From positions 13,934 to 77,933 of IMG/VR virus record IMGVR_UViG_2823261200_000003: DNA of 64,000 bases; one strand, written 5' to 3'. The first letter of the stretch is position 1. The number at the start of each line of letters is the position of its first letter. A program made the translations under genes and the position numbers. The stretch comes from a virus (lineage: Duplodnaviria; Caudoviricetes). This document shows positions 7,573 through 16,390 of this stretch, one piece after another. The notes under the pieces are model-generated. The model ran no database searches and was not told the origin of the DNA. It saw only the letters and a list, made by a program, of their open reading frames with translations.

Positions 7573-8271
7573 GTGAAAAAATATGAATTAACCGATGAAT
7601 ATATTGAGATCGGATTTACAACTAAAATTAAACTCTATCGCATAAAAGCTTTAGTAGCAATCGCATCAATCGGCGTTAGTGCTGGTGATTTGGGTGGATA
7701 TGTCGAGAAAGAGTCAAACTTAGATCAGAGCGGTGATGCCTGGGTGTACGGTAATGCCAAGGTGTACGATAATGCCGTGGTGTGCGGTGATGCCTGGGTG
7801 TACGGTAATGCCGAGGTGTACGGTGATGCCAAGGTGTACGGCGATGCCGTGGTGTGCGGTGATGCCGTGGTGTGCGGTAATGCCGTGGTGTACGGTAATG
7901 CCAAGGTGTACGGCGATGCCGTGGTGTCCGGTGATGCCGTGGTGTGCGGTAATGCCAAGGTGTACGGTAATGCCAGTGTGTCCGGTAATGCCAAGGTGTA
8001 CGATAATGCCAAGGTGTCCGGCGATGCCGTGGTGTCCGGTGATGCCGTGGTGTGTGAAAGATCTGATATTGTCTGGTTTTCAAACGTGGGTACGGAGTAC
8101 GGTACATTAACCGTATTTAAAACTAAGCAAGGAGTATTGTGGGCTACTAGAGGCTGTTTTAGTGGCTCTGTTGAGGAGTTTTTGAAAAAATCCGCGGAAG
8201 TTCACGATGAAAAAACGAAAAGAGAATATCAACTTTTGATTGAAGTCGCTAAATCAAGGTTGAACAACTAA
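7573..8271 (+). CDS. Hexapeptide-repeat (left-handed beta-helix-like) phage protein
   Basis: AGGAG RBS before GTG; 18 x [GD][DN]AxV[YCS] repeats; GDLGGYVEKESNL and RGCFSGS flanking motifs. Confidence 0.9.
   Translation: MKKYELTDEYIEIGFTTKIKLYRIKALVAIASIGVSAGDLGGYVEKESNLDQSGDAWVYGNAKVYDNAVVCGDAWVYGNAEVYGDAKVYGDAVVCGDAVVCGNAVVYGNAKVYGDAVVSGDAVVCGNAKVYGNASVSGNAKVYDNAKVSGDAVVSGDAVVCERSDIVWFSNVGTEYGTLTVFKTKQGVLWATRGCFSGSVEEFLKKSAEVHDEKTKREYQLLIEVAKSRLNN
7732..8055 (+). repeat. 18 tandem copies of an 18-bp coding repeat
   Basis: GGT(G/A)ATGCC(AAG/GTG/TGG)GTG(TAC/TGC/TCC) units. Confidence 0.95.
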
Positions 8272-8300
8272 TACGCCCACACGGAAGGCGTTAAACCCCG

Positions 8301-8467
8301 TCTTGTACTGCAAGATCACCAATAATCGCACTACTGCAGGTATTACAAGGGGCTAATAATGAGAAAATAGAATAATTAGTAAATTTATCATTTTCATAAT
8401 ACGTTTTAATCTCAAATCCCCCATGTTTAACGCCACAATGGGGGCAATCATAAGCAAAGGTAATCAT
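8301..8467 (-). pseudogene. 5' remnant of the Zn-ribbon/DUF4145-like gene
   Basis: Near-identical to 55377-55542; the rest of the gene is deleted. Confidence 0.9.
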
Positions 8468-8468
8468 A

Positions 8469-8648
8469 ATGAATCTCCAAGATCATATTTATTTAATTGA
8501 TGAATTTCTTGAAGGGCAAAGCCCTGAAGTAAAACTATATACTTATTTTAAAAATCAAGATAAGGAAACGCAACATAGTTTTGTCATTGCCTTAATTGGT
8601 AAAGTGGTTAGCTCACATAAACTTTATCATCACGAATTAAACAAGTAA
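8469..8648 (+). CDS. 59-aa hypothetical protein
   Basis: MNLQDHIYLIDEFLEGQ...; identical at 55544-55723; below the ORF-track cutoff. Confidence 0.5.
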   Translation: MNLQDHIYLIDEFLEGQSPEVKLYTYFKNQDKETQHSFVIALIGKVVSSHKLYHHELNK

Positions 8649-8692
8649 CATTGACAACCGCCGCCCTACTTCGGATTAAAACAACGGTAAAT

Positions 8693-8875
8693 TTAATAAT
8701 TCCAAATCATCTCTTCAATTAGGGCGGTTTTAGATTTCCCTGTGCGTTCGCTTAATTCTGCTAAGCGTGAAATGGTTTCTTCTTTCAGCTTAAAGCCAGC
8801 CAAACGCACACCGCGTTTTTTATCACTTTTAGCTTGCAATTCTCGCAATGTTAACCCTGATTTAGGACGCCCCAT
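8693..8875 (-). CDS. Ribbon-helix-helix DNA-binding protein
   Basis: AKSDKKRGVRLAGFKLKEETISRLAELSERTGKSKTALIEE; homologue at 61754. Confidence 0.8.
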   Translation of the reverse strand: MGRPKSGLTLRELQAKSDKKRGVRLAGFKLKEETISRLAELSERTGKSKTALIEEMIWNY

Positions 8876-8919
8876 AATAAAAACCCCTTGCATTGATGAA
8901 ATGAATACATTAAGATTTA

Positions 8920-9080
8920 GGAACTGCCTAGCGATGGTGGCAGCCACCGCTAGGGCTTTTAGAACTCTAATCTAGTAAGCTGGCAGGCTCACTAAGATTA
9001 AAATTACTAGGATTAAGACTTTAATCAACATAATCCAGTTCCTTTTTGTTGCCGCTCTCAACAAGGGCGGCTTCTTCATT
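8920..9080 (+). ncRNA. Sib-like antisense antitoxin RNA
   Basis: Promoter TTGCAT-17-TAAGAT (8888-8916); spans the whole ibs ORF and RBS; terminator GCCGCTCT-CAACA-AGGGCGGC-TTCTT. Confidence 0.75.
8972..9031 (-). CDS. ibs: Ibs-family type I toxin peptide MLIKVLILVILILVSLPAY (19 aa)
   Basis: Hand translation; same length, hydrophobicity and SxxAY end as E. coli Ibs peptides; promoter TTGTTT-17-TAAAAT (9135-9107). Confidence 0.85.
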   Translation of the reverse strand: MLIKVLILVILILVSLPAY

Positions 9081-9400
9081 TCTAGCCCCTTGCTAAAAAC
9101 AAATGTATTTTAGGTTAAACTAACAAACAAAACAAGTTATTTTTTGGTTTAAGCTAAAATATTTTTTAATTTGACACCGCCCAAACTTCAGCGTAAACTA
9201 CCCCCACTTTCAAACGAAAGTCGGGATTGGCGTCCTGAGTGTTACGAGCGGTCAAAAATAACAGTCGCTCAAAGCGGCTTTTTTTATAGCCGAAAATCAG
9301 AAAATCAAAACCTTTTTAAAGGTATCCCCAAAATGGGGAACCCTTTAAAACTTCTATAAAGGGTAACTCAATTTGAGACCCCCTTTAAAAAAGTAGTCAA

Positions 9401-9475
9401 TGATGGGCTGATTGAGGGGATCGAAAGATCCACCGTTTCTCGTAACACGGTACGCCAACCTTGATCAGTTCATCA
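9401..9475 (+). ncRNA. C4-type antisense RNA
   Basis: Closing stem TGATGGGCTGAT/ATCAGTTCATCA, GAAA hairpin; CTCGTAACAC and ACGCCAA are complementary to upstream (9227-9248) and downstream (9483-9521) sites. Confidence 0.85.
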
Positions 9476-9531
9476 CCAGTAATTGGCGTTACTTGTGATG
9501 AGTTTTTAAAATTTGTTGCGAGATTTAAATT

Positions 9532-10197
9532 ATGACTACATTAACTTTTCAAACAACAACCCTTTCGGTTATCAATCAACACAATCAATCTTGGTTATTA
9601 GCTTCTGAAGTAGGAAAAGCATTGGGGTATCCACACCCAATCAAAGGCATTCAAAAGATTTACGACCGCCACGCTGACGAATTTACCCCAAATATGACCG
9701 CACTTATTAATATGCAAACCAACGGCGGAATGCAAAAAGTGCGAATTTTCAGCTTGCGTGGTGCTCACCTAATTGGAATGCTTTCACACACCAAAGTTGC
9801 CAAAGATTTTCGTAAGTGGGTGCTGGATATTCTCGATCAAGAAGTAGAGCGACAAAAACCAAAACAACTCGCCCTACCCGAACCCAAAACCTACAACAGA
9901 ACGCTTACCGCACTGGAATTGGAGGATTTGCTTTGGCTTTGGTTTATCAACCACAATATGTTGAACTTCATCAACAGCCTAATCGAACCGCTAGAAAAAA
10001 TCGGCTCGAACTTTCTTCCCTCAGCACACAGCCAATCTCGGGAATATGGCGAATTTAACCACTATATGGCACCGCTTATCGACAAACTGATTGCTAACGC
10101 CGAACTCGGTTCTGCCAACCAACTGCCGAAACGCACGCTTGAACAAGTGTTAGGTAAAACCACCACACAACGCGGTTATCACTTAACCAAACGTTAA
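9532..10197 (+). CDS. Antirepressor (Bro-N-like + P22 AR C-like)
   Basis: RIFSLRGAHLIGM...AKDFRKWVLD; QLALPEP linker; downstream of a C4 RNA. Confidence 0.85.
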   Translation: MTTLTFQTTTLSVINQHNQSWLLASEVGKALGYPHPIKGIQKIYDRHADEFTPNMTALINMQTNGGMQKVRIFSLRGAHLIGMLSHTKVAKDFRKWVLDILDQEVERQKPKQLALPEPKTYNRTLTALELEDLLWLWFINHNMLNFINSLIEPLEKIGSNFLPSAHSQSREYGEFNHYMAPLIDKLIANAELGSANQLPKRTLEQVLGKTTTQRGYHLTKR

Positions 10198-10281
10198 TTT
10201 TCACCACCGCCTTACCTTACTTTTTAGTGAGGCGGTTTCTTGCACCCTAAATTCAGTAATTTGATTAAAAAGGAAACAGAG

Positions 10282-10620
10282 ATGAAACAGCGTGGTTATG
10301 AAACACTGGTGGCAGATTACGTTAAATCAAAATTAGGTGAAAACATCACCACAAGTCAGATTGCAACGCAATATGGTGAGGTTAGCCTTTATCACAACAA
10401 TAAACTGTATATCGTAGTGTTTGATAATCCAACCACCCTACAGATAGACGACATTAATCGCCAACTCTTCGCAGTACATTTCACGCATGAGCTAATTTAT
10501 CGAACGGGACGAAAACTACTGACCTTTGAAACCCAACGCTTACTAAAACCGGAAGTAAGTTATTTACTCAGACATCTAAAACAGATGGAGAAGAAAAATG
10601 CCAATTTATCGCGTACATAG
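10282..10620 (+). CDS. Hypothetical phage protein
   Basis: AGGA RBS; identical copy at 56777. Confidence 0.7.
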   Translation: MKQRGYETLVADYVKSKLGENITTSQIATQYGEVSLYHNNKLYIVVFDNPTTLQIDDINRQLFAVHFTHELIYRTGRKLLTFETQRLLKPEVSYLLRHLKQMEKKNANLSRT

Positions 10621-10843
10621 CAGTGCTTACCACGATGGCTCAACTAAAGGATTTCGCCACGACATTAAACATAAACGGCACGACTGTTTTCGTGGTGATG
10701 TGAGGATATTTCAAATCATTGATGGATATCCACATCAAATCTCACGGAAGCGGAAACGTTTTACAAATAAAGAAGAGGCTTATCAGTGGGCAAAGCAATT
10801 TGCTCAAACCATCACAAAGCAATTAAAAAGGAAACAAAAATGA
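10598..10843 (+). CDS. Basic hypothetical phage protein
   Basis: GGAG RBS; identical copy at 57093. Confidence 0.7.
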   Translation: MPIYRVHSSAYHDGSTKGFRHDIKHKRHDCFRGDVRIFQIIDGYPHQISRKRKRFTNKEEAYQWAKQFAQTITKQLKRKQK

Positions 10844-11115
10844 ACGCACTTATCAAACATACACTACAAGCCCTACTCATTTTATTTGTCGTTATCTCTG
10901 CTCTAAGCCTTGCCGATGCCTACGCACAAACAGCGGAAGATTACTACACAAACCAAGGCTTCACATTAGAACAACTCGCCGAAATGGAACGCCAAGCCAA
11001 CCTTGAGTGGCAACAAGAACAAGGCGACTTACCGCCCAATTTAACCGTTGAGGCTGAAAAATACCTCAAAAATTACACCGCACTTTTGCAACAGGAGATA
11101 ACCAATGAACGATAG
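10820..11115 (+). CDS. Small protein with signal peptide/TM segment
   Basis: Hydrophobic N-terminus ending AYA-Q; homologue at 57745. Confidence 0.75.
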
Positions 11116-11260
11116 CGAACTTGCCCGAGCTTACGACGATTACAGCGACCGCTTGCTTGAGGAGTATTACCGCGAAGACGAGCAAGACACGGAAGAGCCT
11201 GAAATCGATGAAGACGATGATTTTTGCCATTACCACTGCATAGGAGCGGGCGGATTATGA
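11105..11260 (+). CDS. 51-aa highly acidic protein
   Basis: GGAG RBS; MNDSELARAYDDYSDRLLEEYYREDEQDTEEPEIDEDDDFCHYHCIGAGGL; stop overlaps next ATG. Confidence 0.75.
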   Translation: MNDSELARAYDDYSDRLLEEYYREDEQDTEEPEIDEDDDFCHYHCIGAGGL

Positions 11261-11481
11261 TTGATTTGAATAACAAAAACCTAGATGCATTAATGGAAAG
11301 CCTCATTCAGCAAGATAGGGTGGGCAAAGCCTACCGCAAAGCTGAAGCTACAAGGCACATTCAAGAAGCCCTTAAATGGGTTGAAATTAATGACCTGATT
11401 ACCATTGCCGAAGCCCTTTACGCGGAAGACTTTGCCAATGCCGAAATCGCCTATCACAATCACAGAGGAAACACACAATGA
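11257..11481 (+). CDS. Hypothetical phage protein
   Basis: ATGA overlaps at both ends. Confidence 0.7.
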   Translation: MIDLNNKNLDALMESLIQQDRVGKAYRKAEATRHIQEALKWVEINDLITIAEALYAEDFANAEIAYHNHRGNTQ

Positions 11482-11978
11482 AACTTTACGAAATCGCAGA
11501 AAGCTACAACAACGTAGCAGAACTCTTAGCTAACCCAGAATTTGCCGAAAATGCGGATATTATCACCGCACTTGATGCCATAGAAGATGAGTTTAACAAC
11601 AAAGCCATCAACACCATTAAAGCCATTAAACGCGTGGAAGGCGATATTGACTTACTTGATGCCGAAATCAAGCGACTAACGGCAATGAAAAAAGCCCGTC
11701 AAAACCGTATTGAGGAAGTGAAAAACTACCTTAAATACAATATGCAAAAAACGGGGATTTTCAAAATCGAAAGCCCGCTGTTCAAAATTGCCTACAGCGA
11801 ACGAAAACAAAGTGCGGTGGAAATTGACGACAATTTATTCCTTGCCAATAACCTTGATGAAAACCTTGTCAGCGTCAAAATCACCCCGAACAAAACCGCC
11901 ATTAAAGAGGCGTTGAAACGGGGTGATGATGTGATTGGGGCAAGGTTGGTTGATAGCCAAGTGTTAAGCATTAAATAG
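11478..11978 (+). CDS. Siphovirus Gp157-family protein
   Basis: MKLYEIA...EIKRL...PNKTAIKEALKRGDDVIGARL. Confidence 0.85.
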   Translation: MKLYEIAESYNNVAELLANPEFAENADIITALDAIEDEFNNKAINTIKAIKRVEGDIDLLDAEIKRLTAMKKARQNRIEEVKNYLKYNMQKTGIFKIESPLFKIAYSERKQSAVEIDDNLFLANNLDENLVSVKITPNKTAIKEALKRGDDVIGARLVDSQVLSIK

Positions 11979-11988
11979 GAGTAATCAA

Positions 11989-12876
11989 ATGCAATTTCAA
12001 AAAGCAGAACGAAAAAAATCAAAGCTCAGACTTGCCTTAACAGGTCCAAGTGGATCGGGTAAAACTTATGGGGCTTTGCTTGTTGCGAAAGGGCTAGGTG
12101 GAAGAATTGCGGTAATTGATACCGAAAAAGGGAGTGCTTCCCTTTATTCTCATTTGGTCGATTTTGATGTGCTAGACCTAGAAGCCCCTTACACCCCTGA
12201 ACGCTATCGCCAAGCAGTTAGATTAGCCGTTGAAAACGGGTATGATGTCGTAATTATTGATAGCATTACGCACGAATGGTCAGGAGCTGGAGGTTGCCTT
12301 GAGTTAAATGACGAAATCGCCAAAGCGAAATTCAAAGGAAATACTTGGAGTGCGTGGAGTGAGACCAAAGCACGCCACCGTGCTTTAATTGATGACTTAC
12401 TTGCCAGCCCAACTCACATCATTGTTACAATGCGAAGTAAAACTGAGACCGCTCAAGCAGAAATAAATGGTCGCAAGCAGGTTCAAAAACTTGGAATGAA
12501 AGCGGAACAAAATGACGGTATTGAGTATGAATTTACTACTGTATTGGATTTAATCCACGACGGCAATTTTGCTCAGCCGAGTAAAGACCGTACAGGCTTA
12601 TTCCCACCTAATGGAAATCCATTTAAATTATCCGCTGAAATAGGGAAACAGCTTGTAGAGTGGTTGGAAAGCGGTGTTGATTTAACCTTTAAAAGGGCTG
12701 AGGTTCACAGAGATAAAATGCTACAAAAAATAACGACTGCAGAAACGCTCGAATTGCTAGGTGAAATGAGTAAATATGTTACTGATAAATTTAAAGATTA
12801 TCCGATTTTATTAACAGAGTTAGAACAAGCAATTTTAGCTCGCAAAGCGAGTTTAGATAATCAAGGGGGAGAATAA
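11989..12876 (+). CDS. Sak4-like AAA recombinase/annealase
   Basis: GPSGSGKT Walker [15 protein letters not shown] Walker B, EYEF, KDRT. Confidence 0.85.
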   Translation: MQFQKAERKKSKLRLALTGPSGSGKTYGALLVAKGLGGRIAVIDTEKGSASLYSHLVDFDVLDLEAPYTPERYRQAVRLAVENGYDVVIIDSITHEWSGAGGCLELNDEIAKAKFKGNTWSAWSETKARHRALIDDLLASPTHIIVTMRSKTETAQAEINGRKQVQKLGMKAEQNDGIEYEFTTVLDLIHDGNFAQPSKDRTGLFPPNGNPFKLSAEIGKQLVEWLESGVDLTFKRAEVHRDKMLQKITTAETLELLGEMSKYVTDKFKDYPILLTELEQAILARKASLDNQGGE

Positions 12877-13355
12877 TGGCAGGCATAAACAAAGCCATCA
12901 TCGTCGGCAATTTAGGCAACGATCCAGAAATCCGCACAATGCAAAATGGCGATCAGGTTGCAACAATCAGCGTGGCAACCTCAGAAAGCTGGACGGATAA
13001 GCAAACAGGCGAACGGCGAGAACTCACCGAATGGCACAGAATTGTACTTTATCGGCGGTTAGCGGAAATTGCAGGGCAATACCTCAAAAAAGGCTCAAAA
13101 GTCTATATTGAGGGGCGTATCAGAACCCGAAAATGGCAAGACCAGCACGGCGTTGAGCGTTACACCACCGAAATTCAAGGCGACAGCTTGCAGATGTTAG
13201 ATAGCCGCCAAGATGGACAAAGTGCACAAACAAACGCACCACCGCGTCAAACGCAATCAACAAAATCCAATGCTTATGCTAATGCTAAAAGTGGCAACTA
13301 CACGCCACCACCGCAGAATAATGGTGATGAGCTAGATGATGATATTCCGTTCTGA
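12876..13355 (+). CDS. ssb: Single-stranded DNA-binding protein
   Basis: [16 protein letters not shown]; C-terminal DDDIPF. Confidence 0.97.
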   Translation: MAGINKAIIVGNLGNDPEIRTMQNGDQVATISVATSESWTDKQTGERRELTEWHRIVLYRRLAEIAGQYLKKGSKVYIEGRIRTRKWQDQHGVERYTTEIQGDSLQMLDSRQDGQSAQTNAPPRQTQSTKSNAYANAKSGNYTPPPQNNGDELDDDIPF

Positions 13356-13510
13356 GTTGTCTAGACAATTTAAACAATATCTAAACGATTTTAGACAATT
13401 AAAAACATATTTAGCATTTAAAATCAAATAGATAGTATTGTTTAAATTAGACGATTCCTGATTATTTTTAGATGATAGCCCTCAAATGAGGGCTTTTTTA
13501 TGAGGCAAAA

Positions 13511-13828
13511 ATGAACACAGACCTACTCAACGAACGGGCCAAAACGCACGGCGATTTTATCAGCGGTGCAGAAACCTTTTATCACCTGATGAAACCGATC
13601 ATCGAAAGCCAGCTTTTTGAACGCAACAAAGTCAAAGCCTATGCCGCCACAATGATTGCCGCCAAACTCACCCGAATTTGCAACGGTGATGAAAACTTCC
13701 CCGACCACTGGGACGACATTATCGGCTATGCTCAATTAGCCACTGGTAAGCAATTTGAACCACAGCAAGCGGTAAGTGTGCCAGTTGTGGATTATATAAA
13801 AACTCAGAATATGACAGCGAACCGCTAA
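13511..13828 (+). CDS. DUF6378-like phage protein
   Basis: ERAKTHGDF...KLTRI...DHWDDIIGYA; homologue at 61416. Confidence 0.7.
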   Translation: MNTDLLNERAKTHGDFISGAETFYHLMKPIIESQLFERNKVKAYAATMIAAKLTRICNGDENFPDHWDDIIGYAQLATGKQFEPQQAVSVPVVDYIKTQNMTANR

Positions 13829-13855
13829 ATAGCGGTTTTTATTGGAGAAAAGAAA

Positions 13856-14752
13856 ATGTTTTGGTTTAAAAATGCAATGATTTACCGCTTAACAAAAGCG
13901 ATGGATTTTTCCAACCTCTCAAGCCAACTTGAGGCGTGTGAATTTACGCCTTGCGGTAGTAGTGAGGCAAGTAAATTTGGCTGGATTGCACCACTTAGCA
14001 CGAGTGAACAGCTCTGCTTTGAGGCAAATGGGCAAATCCTACTTGTGGCCCAGCGAGAAGAAAAAATCTTGCCAAATTATGTCGTAACCAAAGAGCTAAC
14101 TAACCGAGTAAAAGCGTTAGAAGAAAAAGAAGGGCGTAAACTCAAAAAAGTCGAAAGGCTGTCTATTAAAGATGATGTGGTTGCCTCTCTTTTGCCTCAA
14201 GCCTTTACCCGTAGCACCTACACCGCACTTTGGATTGATACGCAAAACCAGTTGATTTATGTGGACGCGGCTTCCGCTAAACGAGCCGAAGATGCATTAG
14301 CGTTACTACGTAAATCCCTAGGCTCATTGCCAGTTATTCCACTCGCCTTTGCAAATGACGCATCGCTAGTTATGACAAACTGGGTAAATGAAGCACCTGA
14401 TTGGCTAACCGTGCTGGAAGAAGCCGAATTGACGGGGTTAAAAGAAGATGGCATAGCTAAATTTAAGCGACAATATTTAGATAGCAACGAAATTTACTCA
14501 TTACTTGAGGCGGGAAAAGTGGTAACAAAAATCGCTCTAGAATGGGAAGGGAATTTAAGTTTTGTACTTTGTGATGATGGCACACTCAAACGCCTTAAAT
14601 TTGCTGATGAAATCAAAGAGAAAAATGATGACATTGCCAAAGAAGATATTGCTCAATGCTTTGACGCGGATTTTTTATTAATGGCTGCAACCATTTCAGA
14701 ATTAACTAAGAGATTGCTCAATGAATTTGGTGGAGAAAAGGAAAGCATATGA
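13856..14752 (+). CDS. rdgC: Recombination-associated protein RdgC
   Basis: MFWFKNAMIYRL, REEKILP, LLRKSLGSLPV, FDADF. Confidence 0.93.
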   Translation: MFWFKNAMIYRLTKAMDFSNLSSQLEACEFTPCGSSEASKFGWIAPLSTSEQLCFEANGQILLVAQREEKILPNYVVTKELTNRVKALEEKEGRKLKKVERLSIKDDVVASLLPQAFTRSTYTALWIDTQNQLIYVDAASAKRAEDALALLRKSLGSLPVIPLAFANDASLVMTNWVNEAPDWLTVLEEAELTGLKEDGIAKFKRQYLDSNEIYSLLEAGKVVTKIALEWEGNLSFVLCDDGTLKRLKFADEIKEKNDDIAKEDIAQCFDADFLLMAATISELTKRLLNEFGGEKESI

Positions 14753-15006
14753 AGATTATAAAACGATTAGCTGAACGAGTGCTTAGAGATGATTTTATTT
14801 ACCTCGAAAGAAAAGTTGCAGAAAAAGTTAGTGAATTAAGTAAAGAATATCAGAAGATAATTGAAGAGCGAGATAAAACTATTGTTGGCTTGCGAACAAT
14901 TATCGAAAATCAAAAAGCAGATATTCTTAAATTAAGAAAGAAAGTAAAAAAAAGACCGTATTTTAAGCAAAAAAACATAACAAGGAGAATAAACAATGAC
15001 TTTTAA
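14749..15006 (+). CDS. Coiled-coil hypothetical protein
   Basis: Translationally coupled ORF. Confidence 0.65.
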   Translation: MKIIKRLAERVLRDDFIYLERKVAEKVSELSKEYQKIIEERDKTIVGLRTIIENQKADILKLRKKVKKRPYFKQKNITRRINNDF

Positions 15007-15340
15007 AATTGAATCAGGGTGGTTTTTATTAGCTTTACTTTTAATTGCTACATCACTTGTTTTTCTAACTGTTAATTCTTTGGATATAGGTAATGCTTAT
15101 ATTAAGCAAGCCAAGGCTGGTAAAGATAATTTCGGCCTTATTTTTGCTTGGGCTTATTATGTGGTTGCCTTTATTTTTGATTACTTAACGAGGCTATTAG
15201 GCTGGCTTGCTCTCTTATTTTTTTGTGCTTCTGTATTTGGGTATCGCGTTGAGATAAGTTCACACAAGCCAGAGAAAGAAATACAAGAAGCTCATAAAAA
15301 ACACACTGAACATTTCACAGGAAAGCAAGTGGAGAAATAA
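14996..15340 (+). CDS. Membrane protein
   Basis: AGGAG RBS; 2-3 hydrophobic segments. Confidence 0.7.
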   Translation: MTFKIESGWFLLALLLIATSLVFLTVNSLDIGNAYIKQAKAGKDNFGLIFAWAYYVVAFIFDYLTRLLGWLALLFFCASVFGYRVEISSHKPEKEIQEAHKKHTEHFTGKQVEK

Positions 15341-15341
15341 A

Positions 15342-15647
15342 ATGCACCCAGAGCTTATTGTTTGTGCTGCCATTAAATTTATTGAGCGAAACCAAAAAGA
15401 GATTAACTTAGGTAGAAAAGGTACTGAATTAATTATTCCTATGGTTCGTCATTATTCACCTGATGGCAGAGATGTTATTGAAATCCTTGAAAATAAAGAA
15501 CTTGCAGAAGTTGAACAAGGATTTCTTACTAATAAAAGTCGGTTTGTAGATAGAAAAGAAGCATTAAAAATCGCAAAAAATAATAATCAAATTAAATTTG
15601 ATATTGGTTATGAACCAGATAAATTATATTCAGAAATGCTTTATTAA
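15342..15647 (+). CDS. Conserved phage hypothetical protein
   Basis: IVCAAI...RH...EQGFLTNKSRFVDRKEA...LYSEML motif pattern. Confidence 0.75.
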   Translation: MHPELIVCAAIKFIERNQKEINLGRKGTELIIPMVRHYSPDGRDVIEILENKELAEVEQGFLTNKSRFVDRKEALKIAKNNNQIKFDIGYEPDKLYSEMLY

Positions 15648-15664
15648 TTATAGGAGTAATAAAG

Positions 15665-16390
15665 ATGAAACCATTTGATTTAGAAAAAGCCTTAGCAGGC
15701 GAGCCAGTTAAATTAAAAAATGGATATAAAGCATTTATTAAACTGGATTTAAACAGTGAAGCTAAAAATATAGATAAATCTTATATTGGGTTATTAGATT
15801 TATTCGGATATTACACACACGAAAATATTATTATCCCTTGTAGATGGTATTCAGATACTCTGAATGCGAGTACAGACGAAGCAGGATTAACTATTGCGGG
15901 AATGTGGGAAGATCCGAAACGTTATGTGAACGGTATCGAAGTTCCTGAACCAGTAACGTTAAATACTTGGGAAAATGGTAGAAAATACTGGTATGTAAGG
16001 TTTACCGCACCTGAATGTGTGCAAGATGACCCATTTTATAAATACAGTAAAAGAGATGAGCGAATGATTTCACAAGGGGTAGTTTTTAAAACTAAGAAAG
16101 GTGCAACAGCAATGGCTAAAGCATTGTTAAATTATAACGTAGAGTATAAAAATGATGATAACGCCTATGCTAATAATGGTTGGATTGATATAAATAAACA
16201 ACTCCCACCACTAGGAACCAAAGTGATTGGTAGATGTGTTATAGATGGTAAAGTGTTAATACTTATTATTGTAAAAAAGCTTGTCGGTAGTGAGTATTGG
16301 TTTTCACCCGTTAATATTTACGGTACATTTGATGATAAAGCGGTTGATGTCACGCACTGGCAGCCACTACCAAAACTACCACAAGCCTAA
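15665..16390 (+). CDS. Mosaic phage protein with C-terminal DUF551-like domain
   Basis: MKPFDLEKALAGEPV N-terminus; WIDINKQLP...VTHWQPLP. Confidence 0.75.
   Translation: MKPFDLEKALAGEPVKLKNGYKAFIKLDLNSEAKNIDKSYIGLLDLFGYYTHENIIIPCRWYSDTLNASTDEAGLTIAGMWEDPKRYVNGIEVPEPVTLNTWENGRKYWYVRFTAPECVQDDPFYKYSKRDERMISQGVVFKTKKGATAMAKALLNYNVEYKNDDNAYANNGWIDINKQLPPLGTKVIGRCVIDGKVLILIIVKKLVGSEYWFSPVNIYGTFDDKAVDVTHWQPLPKLPQA

Noticed and set aside
7732-8055. CRISPR array or DGR template
   Set aside because: Units are contiguous with no spacers, and no cas or reverse transcriptase gene is present in the window
7676-8110. Alternative-frame and antisense ORFs with striking repeats (RTPWHY, TLALPY, VMPRCT)
   Set aside because: Shadows of the 18-bp coding repeat; only the frame with an RBS and conserved flanks is also kept in prophage B
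9171-9359. 62-aa ORF and the N-terminal extension of 45072-45950
   Set aside because: They begin in promoter or leader sequence without an RBS and run through C4 regulatory RNA elements
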